From: Octopus sinensis
Lineage: Eukaryota
Reading direction: 5' to 3'
DNA length: 64,000 nucleotides
Assembly: GCF_006345805.1 (NCBI RefSeq)
Contig: NC_043000.1
Span: forward strand, 117,614,001 to 117,678,000
Shown here piece by piece: positions 51,760-64,000 of the stretch. How positions within the stretch are numbered: position 1 is the first letter of the stretch; every line of letters starts with the position of its first letter. The notes beneath the pieces were generated by a model that saw only the letters and a program-made list of their open reading frames with translations, did not search any database and had not been told where the DNA came from. Made by a program: the position numbers and the translations under genes.

Positions 51760-51912
51760 TATGTAGACATATATGTATATACATATGTATGCATAAATAT
51801 ATATATATATATGTATGTATATAATATATGTATATGTATGTATATATATCTATATGTATATATGTAGTTATATATATATGTATATATGTATTTATATATA
51901 TATGTATATATG

Positions 51913-51969
<57 letters not shown>

Positions 51970-52112
51970 TACATATATATATATATATAATATATATACA
52001 TATAATATATATATATATATATACATATAGATATATATATATATATACTATAATATATATATATATATACATATTATATATATAATATATATACATATAT
52101 ATATTAATATAG

Positions 52113-52143
<31 letters not shown>

Positions 52144-52479
52144 ATATATATACAATATATATATATTATAGATATATACATATATATATATAGATATATA
52201 TCATATACATTATATATAATATATATATATACTATATATATATATATATATATTATATATATTATAGACTTATATAATATATAGATATATACAATATATA
52301 TATATAGCATATATATAACATATATATAGATATATATATATAATATATATACATATTATAGATATATATTATATATATATATCCATATATATATATACAA
52401 TATATATATAATATATATATATACTATATATATATATATTATATATATATCAATATATATATATTATATATATATATAT

Positions 52480-52511
<32 letters not shown>

Positions 52512-52596
52512 CTATATATATATATATATATTATATATATATACATATCTATCTATATATAATATATATACATATATATATATATCTATATACATA

Positions 52597-52646
<50 letters not shown>

Positions 52647-53092
52647 TTAATATTATATATATTATACATATATATATATATAATATTATATATATATCAT
52701 ATATATATATATTCATATATATTATTACATATATATACCTATATATATATATATATAATACATATATATACATATATCTATATATATATATATATATACA
52801 TATATATACTATATATACATATATATATACTATAGATATACATATATATATATCTATATATTATATAGATATATACTATATATATATATCTATACATATA
52901 TATATATATAATAATATATATATACATATATATATTATATATATATATCTACATATATATACATATATATCATATATCATATCCATATATATATATATAC
53001 ATATATTAATAACATTATATATATATATATATATATATAAATATTATTATGCATATATATACTTATATATATGTCATATATAATATAATATA

Positions 53093-53145
<53 letters not shown>

Positions 53146-53284
53146 GTCTATATATATATATATGTTATAATATATATATATATATGTATATATTAATATA
53201 TAGTATATATTATATATATTATATATATTGTATATATAATATATATATATATATATATGGACGTGTGTGTGTGTGTGTGTGTGT
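51760..53284. repeat. ~1.5-kb degenerate (TA)n tract
   Basis: Direct reading. Confidence 0.95.
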
Positions 53285-54596
53285 AACAAAGTAAATGTTA
53301 AGTAAGTTGTATCTAACCCTCAGGACACAGTTTCATAGCCAGGCAGTCCTTCAGTCTTCCAACAAATATGTTGTCTGAAGAACACAGCTTCTGAAACTTG
53401 TGAATATTTATTTATCTGACAGTTCTATGTATGCAACTAGTTGTGACATGCTTTTGGCATTCATAGGTTTGTTACAATAGTGTAATGTCTGTGAGAGTAT
53501 GTATATATATATATATATATCATATTTTGTGAAACTTGATTTAGTATTTCTAAATTGAATTTTTCCCTGTAAGTTTGGAATAATATTCCCTCATATTATA
53601 TATATATATATATAAATGATGATGATATAAATATATATATACATACATGTACTCAGATTATATATGTATGTGTGTGTTTGTGTGTGTATTTTCCATTGAT
53701 TTGACAGATTTAACAAAACAGAAATGAAAAATTTTAAGAGAATGTGAAAAAGAAAAAACTGAAAAAATTTGGATGAGAATATTATTAAATACCATAAAAC
53801 TTGTGGTAGATACCATTTTTTGATTATTCCAGTCTGCATTGAGAGAGAAAATTTTTTTTTTTTTTTGGTTAATCAGACATGTTTGTTTTCCAAACATAAT
53901 GAAAACCTGATTAAATAAATATATTTACAATTTTCACTCAGTAAATTTTTTTTTCTGTACATAAATTATATATGTACTTACGTATGCGTTGTATTATATT
54001 ATATTTTTTAAAAAATGTAATGTATAATTGCATATGTAAATATATTATACACTTAACAATGCAACTATACATATATGTGTTTTGAATGCATACACAGAAA
54101 CACACATGCACACATACAGATCCGGATATGCATGCATACATACATATATACATATATCATGCATACATAAATACATATATATATATATGTATGTATATGT
54201 ATGTAGATATGTATAAAAACACATATAATGTGTCAATTTATAAAATATATGTTAATGTATTTTGATATCTGAAAATATGTCTTTGAATTGTATGTGTATA
54301 TATGTTAATTTGTATATATACTTGTGTATGTGTGTACATATATCCATAACGTATATATATATATATATATATATATAGGTATATGTGTTGACTGTATAAA
54401 AGCTTATAAATATATGTATGTATGTGTGTATGTGTATATATTAGATATCTATATATATATATGAATATTACTTCACCATTTTTCACCCGTCATCATTGTC
54501 GTAAGAATGTTCAATGATGATCAAGTCAATGTTGGAAAATGTTAATGTTTTCATAAAGACGTTGAATTATCCTGAAATTTACTATTGAAATTTTGA

Positions 54597-54602
54597 AATA
54601 AA
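54597..54602 (+). terminator. Candidate distal polyadenylation signal AATAAA with a U/GU-rich downstream element
   Basis: AATAAA followed by TTTCTTTTGTC...TTTTTGTGTCTT; coincides with the apparent change in CpG content. Confidence 0.3.
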
Positions 54603-55288
54603 ATTCCATTTATTCCCTTAACCAAGGAATTTCTTTTGTCAAATTTTTGTGTCTTGGACTCATTTCATACTTGTTGTTGTTGTTGTTCTTTAAAACTAAG
54701 GCATCTCTTTACCAAATTTTGTGGAAGGATTCCGACCACCTGCAAGTGACTAAAATCGGACTGACAGCTTTCTATGAAATAAAGAACTGCCAGCAGTTGA
54801 GGGGAAGCAGTTCAGTGTGAGTCGTTGATTGAGAGTGTTGAGTCTCCTGTAATAATCGTATTGCTTCGTGTAAATATTTCTTTCCCCTACTTCGTTAAAT
54901 TATTTATCCAACACCAGGATATAAAATCAAGCAGACGTATGATAAATGCAGTCTAAGCTATTATTAATCCATATCTTTTTTAGGCAATATATCGTTCCTT
55001 TTATGAACACAGGTGTCGTTTAAAGGAAAATAGGGTGTTGTTTTTGGCAGGTCCTGCTGATAATAATTTCAGTAATATTGCAAAAAATCGTATAGTGAGT
55101 TTATGGTAGATCACGAATCAGAAAATTGTCGCCATTTTTTTCACTAAAAGGACTTGATATTACTTCGATTTTGTATCTGGTTTGTTGGATATTTAACCAA
55201 TTGACTAGTAATAAAGGAGTTGTACCAGAGCGTGTGTTAATAATATTGGCATAATGACTCTCCCTTGACTTGATATAAACATAAGATA

Positions 55289-55453
55289 GGCACAGGAGTG
55301 GCTGTGTGGTAAATAGTTTGCTTACCAACCACATGGTTCCGGGTTCAGTCCCACTGTGTGACATATTGGGCAAGTGTCTTCTACTATAGCCTCGGGCTGA
55401 CCAAAGCCTTGTGAGTGGATTTGGTAGACGGAATCTGAAAGAAGCTCGTCGCA

Positions 55454-55489
<36 letters not shown>

Positions 55490-55730
55490 TATATATGTAT
55501 ATATATGTGTATATGTATGTATATTTTTGTGTGTCTGTGTTTGTCCCCCACCCCAACATCGCTTGACACCCGATGCTGGTGTGTTTACGTCCCCGTAACT
55601 TAGCGGTTCGGCAAGAGAGACCGGTAGAATAAGTACTAGGCTTACAAAGAATAAGTCCTGGGGTCGATTTGCTCGGTTAAAAGCGGTGCTCGAGCATGGC
55701 CGCAGTCAAATGGCTGAAACAAATAAAAGA
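55289..55730 (+). mobile_element. Full-length tRNA-derived SINE family B (CORE-like) with an internal microsatellite
   Basis: Head GGCACAGGAGTGGCTGTGTGGT...GGGTTCAGTCCC, CORE-like TTGGGCAAGT, A-rich end. 8-bp TSD ATAAGATA at 55281-55288 and 55731-55738. Confidence 0.9.
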
Positions 55731-55991
55731 ATAAGATAAAAAAATATATCCTGGCATTACGTATACAACAATAGAACTCACTGACCACGAGGATTACGAT
55801 AAATCACTATCGTCGGACTACAATGCCATTCCACCTTGATAAGGGTCAGTGAACTGTTCTTTCTTATTAACATTCCTAAGCAATTTCCCTGCTTGGTAGA
55901 TTTTTCCTGCCAACGACGGGACTTTTTACTGATCTATAAAAGCAAAATATTAAAGCTGCGCTGTTTAATATTGGAAATATTTTATTGTCAA

Positions 55992-56355
55992 CTAGCACTA
56001 TGACCCGGCAACGCCGGGTCATAGTGCTAGTGCATGCATATACAGCTGCGTGCGTGCACACATACACGCGAGTACTGTCCAAATCTCCGACTAATCACAT
56101 ACAGCTAGCTGGCATTCATTTGGCGTATCAAGTTTCGGGCATTTTGATTGGGTTTTGGATAGAAAATTCACAAAAAAGTTACTTCTATTGATTTTTTAAT
56201 GGCTTTGCGGGATGACTGGAGAACTGTAAAGATGTGCACGACCACCTTTCAACGGTTTTGAATGACCATAGAAAGTGCGAGTCCTCTAACTGAAAAATTG
56301 TGGATTTGTATAAAGGACACACACACAGACATTTTGCCGTTTATATATATAGAGA
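55992..56355 (-). mobile_element. Non-autonomous Helitron (family H2, shares its 5' end with H1)
   Basis: Minus-strand 5' end TCTCTATATATATAAACGGCA resembles H1. 3' end is a hairpin plus CTAG. A|T target site. Confidence 0.8.
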
Positions 56356-56540
56356 TAATATTTGCATACTGAAAAACTAAAGAAAAGTAACGCAACTCTC
56401 TCTTTCTCCCCTTTTGGGTAAATTATGTTAATGTTGACTGGTATATCTGCGCAGATTAAAGTTACGGCCATCTTCAAGATGTTTACTCGAAGTATTGCAG
56501 TTTCATATGTCTGCGGAACTCGAAATCTCATAATTGACCT

Positions 56541-56800
56541 TATGTTGATAAGGATTGGCCCCAGAGACTAACCACGAACCCTGGTTATTTTAATATTAAA
56601 CATATTTCACTGTTACCCGCCAAAAATATCATCCGTCTTTCATTATACATTAAACCTTTCCAAGCATCTCATCAAAGCTCTAGGTAAAGATGGGCCAGAG
56701 TTCTCTTCTCGATATAAACTGTTCATTTTTTTTATATTAAAGTCGAGGAAGGTATCTTCGTCATTGCTCAAATACATAAAATGATTGAAAAATGATTCTC
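56541..56800 (+). mobile_element. Degenerate Chapaev3/CMC-like DNA transposase fragment
   Basis: Collinear motifs DKDWPQR...LYIK...LIKALGKDG...KVEEGIFVIAQIHKM resemble the recalled KDWP.R/LHIKLG/VKALDK.G/KEGIFVGPQIR signature. Confidence 0.55.
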
Positions 56801-57329
56801 CGTGTTTGCTTCCTCAGTCTTTAAACAAGATTTCTCTCAAAACTTTTGCAAGGAAATTTCGCTCGTCAGACAAAATGTTTTATAGGATATCTTCTGACAC
56901 TAGGTTCTGAGTTTAAATACCTCCGAAGTTAGTTTTTACTTTTCCTCCCTTTGGCGGTCGATGAAATTGACTTGTCCCTGCACCACAAATTTGCGGTCTT
57001 TGAACCCTACAACGGACCAGTGTCCCGTTCAGAGGTATGTCGTAGCTTCGGTCATTTATACTCCATGGAAATCGGGTAGTCAGCTTTATGAATCCCAAGG
57101 TTCGGGAGAGAAAAAAAGAAGAGTGAAATATGCTAAGTTAAACTGATAAAATATGTACCATAGCAACACATTGACCTGGAATATTAAAACTAAATTTTCA
57201 TTTAATTTTAAGAAAAATAATTGAGGAGAAACTGAGTGTTGTAAATACTCTAAACACTGACCATGTGACTTTGAGCGACAAGCCAATTGCAAACGTTAGC
57301 GAATTTAATTATCGAGGCACGAAAATAAC

Positions 57330-57765
57330 AATGGATGAAGATTTATTCATGAAATAAATTCAAGAATTAGCAAACCAATCATTCGGTATGTTAAATTCAA
57401 TAGGGAAACCATCAATACTCGACAAGAGCACCAAAATACGATTTTACAAAAGCGATATATTTAGCATCCTCCTCTTTGGATCTGAATGTTGGAAAACAGC
57501 CAAAAGTATTGAAAAGGTGGTATTTCAAAATAAATGTTTATGAAAAATTGTGAAGGTCTACTTGCCGAATATGATCTCGAGTAGTCAACTACACACCAAG
57601 GCTAACGTGAGATTAATAAGAGAATCTATTGAAGTAAGGAGATGGAAATGGCTGGGTCGAGTTTGTCGCTATAAACCGAACTCACTTGTCAGGATCGCTT
57701 TGCAATAGGTTCCACAAGGCAAAAGGAGATGAGGCCGACGAAAGGAAACGTTGATGAAAACATAA
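57330..57765 (+). mobile_element. Degenerate LINE ORF2 C-terminal fragment (RTE-like)
   Basis: KIRFYKSDIFSILLFGSECWK...RRWKWLGRVCR...QGKRR*GRRKET, with stops and frameshifts. Confidence 0.78.
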
Positions 57766-58240
57766 CCTCCTTCCTTGCTGGAGGTAATAAGTTTGCCAGT
57801 GCTAAAATCACAACTGAGAAGAGATTTTATACTCTAGTCCACAAACAATGCACCAGAGAAAGAAATCTAAAGGATAAAACAAACATTAATTTACAACGTA
57901 TATTTTAGCAGACTTGGCTAAAGAAGAATACGGATACATGTACAACCAATACACCCAGGAGTACATCCAATAAAAACTCACAAATCATACAATATTTATA
58001 TGCTTAACAACTATTGAACCGTCACAAAACGGAATACGAAGTGCATCACATCCAACCATAAAACTAAAACTAAAGATATATTATAAAAAACATAAAAATA
58101 ACTACTGGGGGCTATTTGCTCGACTGAACCCTTCAAGGCAGTACCCCAGTGTGGTCGCAGTCCAATGACTGAAAAAAGTAAATGTGGAGAAATGGTATGA
58201 CCAGAAAATATATTTCTATTATTATTTATGATAGTACTAA

Positions 58241-58850
58241 GGCGGTGAGCTGGCAGAATCGTTAGCACGCTGGGCGAAATGCTTAGCGGTAGTTCGTATG
58301 CCGCTACGTTCTGAGTTCAAATTCCGCCGAGGTCAACTTTGCCTTTCATCCTTTCGGGGTCGATTAAATAAGTACCGGTTACGCACTGAGATCGATATAA
58401 TCGACTTAATCCGTTTGTCTGTCCTTGTTTGTCTCCTCTGTGTTTAGCCCCTTGTTGGTAGTAAAGAAATAGGTATTTCGTCTGCCGCTACATTCTGAGT
58501 TCAAATTCCGCCGAGGTCGAATTTGCCCTTCATCCATCGGCTGATGAAATAAGTACCAGTTACGCACTTAATCCCTTCCCTCAAATTTGAGGCCTTGTGC
58601 TTCCAGTAGAAAGGATGATTTATGATAGTACTAAGGTGGTGAGCTGGCAGAATCGTCAGCACGCCGGACAAAATGCATAGGGGCATTTCCTCCGCCTTTA
58701 CAGTCCGAGTTCAAATTCCGCCGCCGAGATTGACTTTGTCTTTTATCCTTCAGGATCGATAAATTAGTTATCATTTGAATACTTGGGTTACAGTAATCGA
58801 TTTACACTCTCCCCTGAAATTGCTGGCTTCATGCCAAAATTTGAAAGCAT
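58241..58850 (+). mobile_element. Two tandem family A SINEs (58241-58616 and 58635-58850)
   Basis: Two heads (GGCGGTGAGCTGG, GGTGGTGAGCTGG), separated and flanked by ATTTATRATAGTACTA. Confidence 0.88.
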
Positions 58851-59883
58851 TATTTATAATAGTACTATTGGTTAAATTAAAAACCACCAAACCCTCACTA
58901 TAAACTTAGATACGTTTCGACCAAATATTGGTCCAGGCCATGTCTAACTTAATAGCACCACCTGATATGATTATCTAAATCCTGTTTAAGTCAAATTTTG
59001 TTTATGGTCCATTCAAGTAGTGAGTTTTTGTTGGGTGAGTTGTATCCAATTATGGGTGGCTTATCTGGTATTCCTTGAAGGAATCCAGACTCCGTTTAAA
59101 GTTGATGGGATCATTTTCCTCTTTGATTTTCTTTCGGGACAATGTTAAATAGGGCAGGGCCTGTTGAGGAAAAGAAATTATGTTGCACTATATACTACTA
59201 TACTATACTATGAACACTACCATTCTATACTGTAGCTATTTTTCTTTCCGGTTCAAAATGATGCCTCCATACCTTAATAAATGAGACGTCTTTCGGACTA
59301 AAAAAAAATGAGAAGAAAAATGCGAAAAAAAAAGATAAGAAAAATAGGTGGATTATTATAAAGGGATAAAATAATTAACCTATTAAGATTCTTATCAAAT
59401 AATATAATATTTCCAACATACATCTGCTAGTGAGAATTTAGAGAAATTACTCGTTCAGGTGTGATTAAACGTTGCAGAGATAAAAAAAAAAGGTGAAAGA
59501 AAGAGCAGACGACATGAAGGGTAAGAAGAAGAAGAAAGCCATTGGCTATATCAAAAGTTAAATAGTTTCGTGTAATTAACTCCCTACGGCAATATATTCC
59601 ACAATTATAATGTTTTCAGTACCGCCGGTGGGAGAAAGTTTGACTGACGAAGAAAAGAAAAGAAAAGTAAAGAAGAGAGAAGAAGAAAGAAAGAAAAAAA
59701 ACTACCATTTCAACTATTGTTTATTAAACAGTGACAGCAACAACAGCAACAACATCGGCAACAACAACTAAATGCCAGCTAATTACATAGAGAAATTATT
59801 ATCTCGCTGAGGCAGGTTAAAAGTCTTGCGTTCTCTATTTGTTGCTTTCTGCATTTTGGTCTCATCTCTTCTCCATTTATTAA

Positions 59884-59915
<32 letters not shown>

Positions 59916-59949
59916 AGCTGAGTTTTGTTGGGAGCGAAACTTGTCTCTG

Positions 59950-60334
59950 AAGTAGTAGTAGTAGTAGTAGTGTAGTGGTGGTGGTGGTGGTGGTGGTGGT
60001 GGTGGTGGTGGTGGTGGTGGTGTTGGTTGTGGTGGCGGCGGCGGTGGTGGTGTTTTTTGGCGGTAATAATGAGAAGTCATCAAGGTGGACTAGGAAAATA
60101 GTGAACGCATCAGTCGATTAGCCTGCTCTCATCGGAACTTGTGCATTAGAGAGAGGGGGAGAAAGAGAGAAAGAGAGAGGGGGAGAAAGAGAGAGAGAGA
60201 GAAAGAAAGAGACAGAGAGAGAAACAGAGAAACAGAGAGACAGACAGAGAGGGGGAGAGAGAGACAGACAGACAGATACAGACAAAGAGAGAGATAGAGA
60301 TAGAGAGAGAGTGAAAGTGAGTGTGTGTGTGTAT

Positions 60335-60372
<38 letters not shown>

Positions 60373-60500
60373 ATTCATGTAAGAAGATATAGACAGTTAT
60401 CTCCATATCCTTATAAATGCATATATAGATATATAATACACACACACATACATACATACATACATACATACATACATACATACATACATACATTTACACA
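59950..60500. repeat. Cluster of (AGT)n, (GGT)n, (GA)n, (GT)n and (CATA)n microsatellites
   Basis: Direct reading. Confidence 0.93.
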
Positions 60501-60767
60501 AAAGCCTAGTGATACTATTTTTTTTCTCAAAGAAAGAGCAAAATAAACTGATACGGGTTCTCCGAACCCAATTTTTGTATGTGGTAGAGTGAAGATCTTT
60601 AAGTCATTCCAAAGATCGACCATCTGAAACTTAGCTCAGCCAACAAGCCGAGTCAACCACATATTTACAAACACCGGGAACTATCTTAAATCAAAATTTC
60701 GTTTCGCTTTGTTAGCGACCGGCTTGAAGTGTCTTAAGAACTTGATTAAAACTCTAAGAAAAGTCAT

Positions 60768-61005
60768 AGGCGCAAGAGTGGCTGTGTGGTAAGTAGCTTG
60801 TTTACCAACCATATGGTTCCGGGTTCAGTTCCACTGCGAGTCTTCTACTACAGCTTTGTGAGTGGATTAGGTAGACGGAAACTGAAAGAAGCCCATCGTG
60901 TATATATGTGTATGTCCGTGTCCACCATCGCTTGACAGCCGATGCTAGAGTGTTTACGTCCCTGTAATTTAGGTGTTCGGCAAAAGAGACCAATACTAGG
61001 CTTAT
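60768..61005 (+). mobile_element. SINE family B with internal deletions
   Basis: Family B head and body. Confidence 0.82.
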
Positions 61006-61016
61006 TTGATATAAAG

Positions 61017-61423
61017 ATCTTTTCTACTCTAGGCACAAGGCCAGAAGTTTTGGGGGAGGGGCCCAGTCGATTAGATCGACCCCAGTACGCAACTGGTACT
61101 TAATTTATTGACCCCGGAAGTATGAAAGGCAAAGTCGACCTCGGCGGAATTTGAACTCAGAACGTAACGGCAGACGAAATACCTATTTCTTTACTACCCA
61201 CAAGGGGCTAAACACAGAAAGGACAAACAAGGAGAGACAAACGGATTAAACGGATTAAGTCGATTATATCGACCCCAGTGCGTAACTGGTACTTATTTAA
61301 TCGACCCCGGATGGATGAAAGGCAAAGTCGACCTCGGCGGAATTTGAACTCAGAACGTAGCGGCAGACGAAATACCGCGAAGCATTTCGCCCGGCGTGTT
61401 AACGTTTCTGCCAGCTTGCCGCC
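61017..61423 (-). mobile_element. SINE family A, CpG-rich copy with duplicated core
   Basis: Reverse complement of family A; CpGs retained. Confidence 0.88.
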
Positions 61424-61759
61424 TGAATATCCACCGAGGTGCAATTCCTGTAATCTAAGTCTAATGATTGGGAAATCCCACGCAATTGTATACGAATTAT
61501 TGGGTATTCATAGTTGAGAAATCTGGTTTCAAAAAGCAAGGGACATCTTGATGTAAGATATAAAAGTAACATTATGATATTATTTTTCTTCTGTTGATGC
61601 ACTTTACTTGAACAGATTAGATTAATGAGACGAGATGAGAGATTAATGTATAAAGCTATTTAAAACGTATATGGCGCCCTCTGAACTATGACTGTTAATT
61701 GTCGTAAGCATTAACTTGTACCCGAGTAGTAGATCAGTAGCCAGTGAGTGAGCCTTTTC

Positions 61760-62230
61760 ATCTTGATGGGTATGAAGGGTGCCGGTGCCTGAGGTGGCTG
61801 TTCAAACCAAGTCTGGTAGAGAAGGGCCGGGAAGAGTTCATGGGGGATGATGAAGTGCAAGTCACTCTTTGTGTCTTCGAAATATGATCTCTGCCTCTTG
61901 GTGTTTACTATTTTCCATCAGGTCTGTATCCTCTACGATGACATGCCGCTACTTTAGGCGGTCTTTGGCGATTGTCTCCCAGATATTTGGACCAATGGAG
62001 CAACAGTGGAGAGTGGCCTTGAGCTGGTCACGGAAACAGAATTTGGTGGCTCCGCATGATCTGGTGCCTGAGGCTAACTTCGCAAAAGGAGTTGACTTGG
62101 AGGTGCATTTCAGCCATACGTATGATGTGTCTCAAACGGCGGAGGCGTTGCTGAGCCGTTAATGCAAGGGAAATAACTATTCTTTCACAGCATAAAGTGG
62201 GATATGAATCTGCATTGGAAAATTAAGGAG
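61760..62230 (-). mobile_element. Degenerate RTE LINE 3' fragment
   Basis: Minus strand GTRSCGATKFCFRDQLKATLHCCSIGPNIWETIAKDR...RPFSTRLGLNSHLRH. Confidence 0.7.
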
Positions 62231-62557
62231 TGCGGGGAAGAAGATATATAGAGTCCCCATATTTATTCTTTCATCTATGACGAAACCCTTTCTAGTTAGT
62301 GGTAATCATGCATAGGACTATTTCATTCTTTTTAGAAATCTTAATTATCCAAGAAATACAAAATAATCAAGAGTGACGCCGTGGATGATACTATACTCTC
62401 TTCACTTCTATTTCAGTAAGTAAACTAAAGATACAGACGAAAGAATCGACATAACAATTCTGAATAAAAGAATGCCGAGTAAAAGTTTATAATCCAGCTC
62501 CTGATCTATTTAGCTACTACGCTCCAATAGAAACCGAATTTTTCTTTCTTTCTGCCG

Positions 62558-63070
62558 TTAACCCTCCAACGCGGAGTATAGGCCAATTATAACTGAATTC
62601 CATGTCGCATAATTTTTCGCTTCTGTACTTATACTCTGCCGTGAATGTCCCCCTTTCTCTAGTTCCTTTTGTGTTGATCTCCGCCACGAGTTCTTAGGCC
62701 TACCTCTCCTTCTATATCCATCCGGTTTCCACCGTAAAGCACTTTTTGCTACATTTAGTGTGTCTTTTCTAATTGTGATACCAATCCGCTTCCACTTTTT
62801 CTTAAATATTTGTTCCCTAATCGAAACTTTATTTGTTCTTTGCCATAACTCCATATTGCTTATGTGTTCGGGCCATCTAATTTTAAGTATACTACGCAAA
62901 CATCTGTTGATGAATGATTGTATTTGCTTATTTGACTTAACTGTCGTTCGCCATGTCTCAGCCCCATACAATAACACTGCTTTTACGCTAGTGTTAAAAA
63001 TTCTTATTTTGTTCTTTATTGAAATTACATTTGCGCTCCATACTTTCTTGCCTCGTCTTAATATCTTCGT
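62558..63070 (-). mobile_element. LINE (RTE-like) reverse-transcriptase C-terminal fragment, 5'-truncated
   Basis: ORF 62558..63148: KIRIFNTSVKAVLLYGAETW...RCLRSILKIRWPEHISN...WKPDGYRRRGRPKNSWRR. The ORF's N-terminus comes from an adjacent family A SINE tail. Confidence 0.88.
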
Positions 63071-63400
63071 CAATAGAAACCGAATAGAAACTTTATAATT
63101 TGGACACAAGGCCAGCAATTTTTCAGGGGAAGAAGAAGTCGACCTCAATGTTCACAGTGGAATTTGAACTTGTCTAGAGCCGGAAGAAATGCCGCTAAGC
63201 ATTTTGTCCGATTCTGCCAGCTCACTGACTTGAGGTCTTTTATAGTAGCTGCAACATCGTGAGTTATATGACAATGAGGATTTTTCTTGTAAGTCTGTTC
63301 TTTGCAAAGGTTAACTAAAACCAACGCTGCATTTACCATTATGTAAAATAAATACATGCTCAGGCCATCAATGGGAGGAGGGCACCACAGAAATAGTAAC

Positions 63401-63820
63401 GCGGCGAGCTGGCTGAAACGTTAGCACGCTGGACGAAATGCTAAACGGTATTTCGTCTGTCGCTGCTTTCTGAGTTCAAATTCCACCGAGGTCGACTTTG
63501 CCTTTCATCCTTTCGGGGTTGATAAATTAAGTACCAGTTACGCACTGGGGTCGATATAATCGACTTAATCCGTCTGTCTGTCCTTGTTTGTCTCCTCTGT
63601 GTTTAGCCCCTTGTGGGTAGTAAAGAAATAAGTATTTCGTCTGCCGTTACGTTCTGAGTTCAAATTCCATCGAGGTCGATTTTGCCTTTCATCCTTTCGG
63701 GTTCGATAATTTAAGCACCAGTTACTCACTGGTGTCGATGTAATCGACTTCATCCCTTTGTCTGACCTTGTTTTTCCCCTCTATTCTTAGCCCCTTGTGG
63801 ACAATAAAGAAATAAGAAAT
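63401..63820 (+). mobile_element. SINE family A with duplicated core
   Basis: Same head and core. Confidence 0.88.
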
Positions 63821-64000
63821 AGTAAATGGTTTACGACACAAAGAAAATCACTTTAACCTTGCAAAAATAAAATTCGAAGTGGTTTATATGATCGGAAATA
63901 TAATTTCGAAGTGATGATGGTGTCATAGGGATGATCTGATCAAAGACTTTGCAATTATAAAAAATAAAATAAATAAATATAAAACGCAAGAGAAAACTTT

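Noticed and set aside
59880-60083. Proline-rich ORF
   Set aside because: It is the reverse translation of (GGT)n and (AGT)n repeats.
62558-63148. 196-aa ORF as a host gene
   Set aside because: It is a truncated LINE ORF2 tail whose start lies in a neighbouring SINE fragment.

Overview
AT-rich, microsatellite- and SINE-dense eukaryotic genomic DNA. The repeat landscape suggests an octopus (coleoid cephalopod); this is inferred, not proven. The only host gene I can support is a + strand MiT/TFE-family bHLH-leucine-zipper gene (MITF/TFEB/TFE3 homologue). Six coding exons are visible, all with GT-AG junctions and matching phases: 10644-10904, 19910-20014, 35375-35549, 36643-36718, 38132-38279 and 38897-39160, giving 342 aa plus stop. 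The N-terminal exon(s) probably lie upstream of the window. The rest is intron, 3' or intergenic sequence holding three SINE families, TTAA/piggyBac-type MITEs, three non-autonomous Helitrons, RTE and HERO LINE relics, a Chapaev-like transposase relic and long simple repeats. Nearly all ORFs in the supplied track are microsatellite or SINE artefacts. The most notable signals are: (1) several small (TA)n-associated elements carrying minimal type-I hammerhead ribozyme motifs, one apparently intact (18494-18577, minus) and one family fused to a tRNA-like SINE head; (2) a near-perfect ~200-nt hairpin just after the basic-region exon; (3) altered regulatory motifs in the MiT/TFE protein; (4) an apparent CpG-decay boundary near 54.6 kb.
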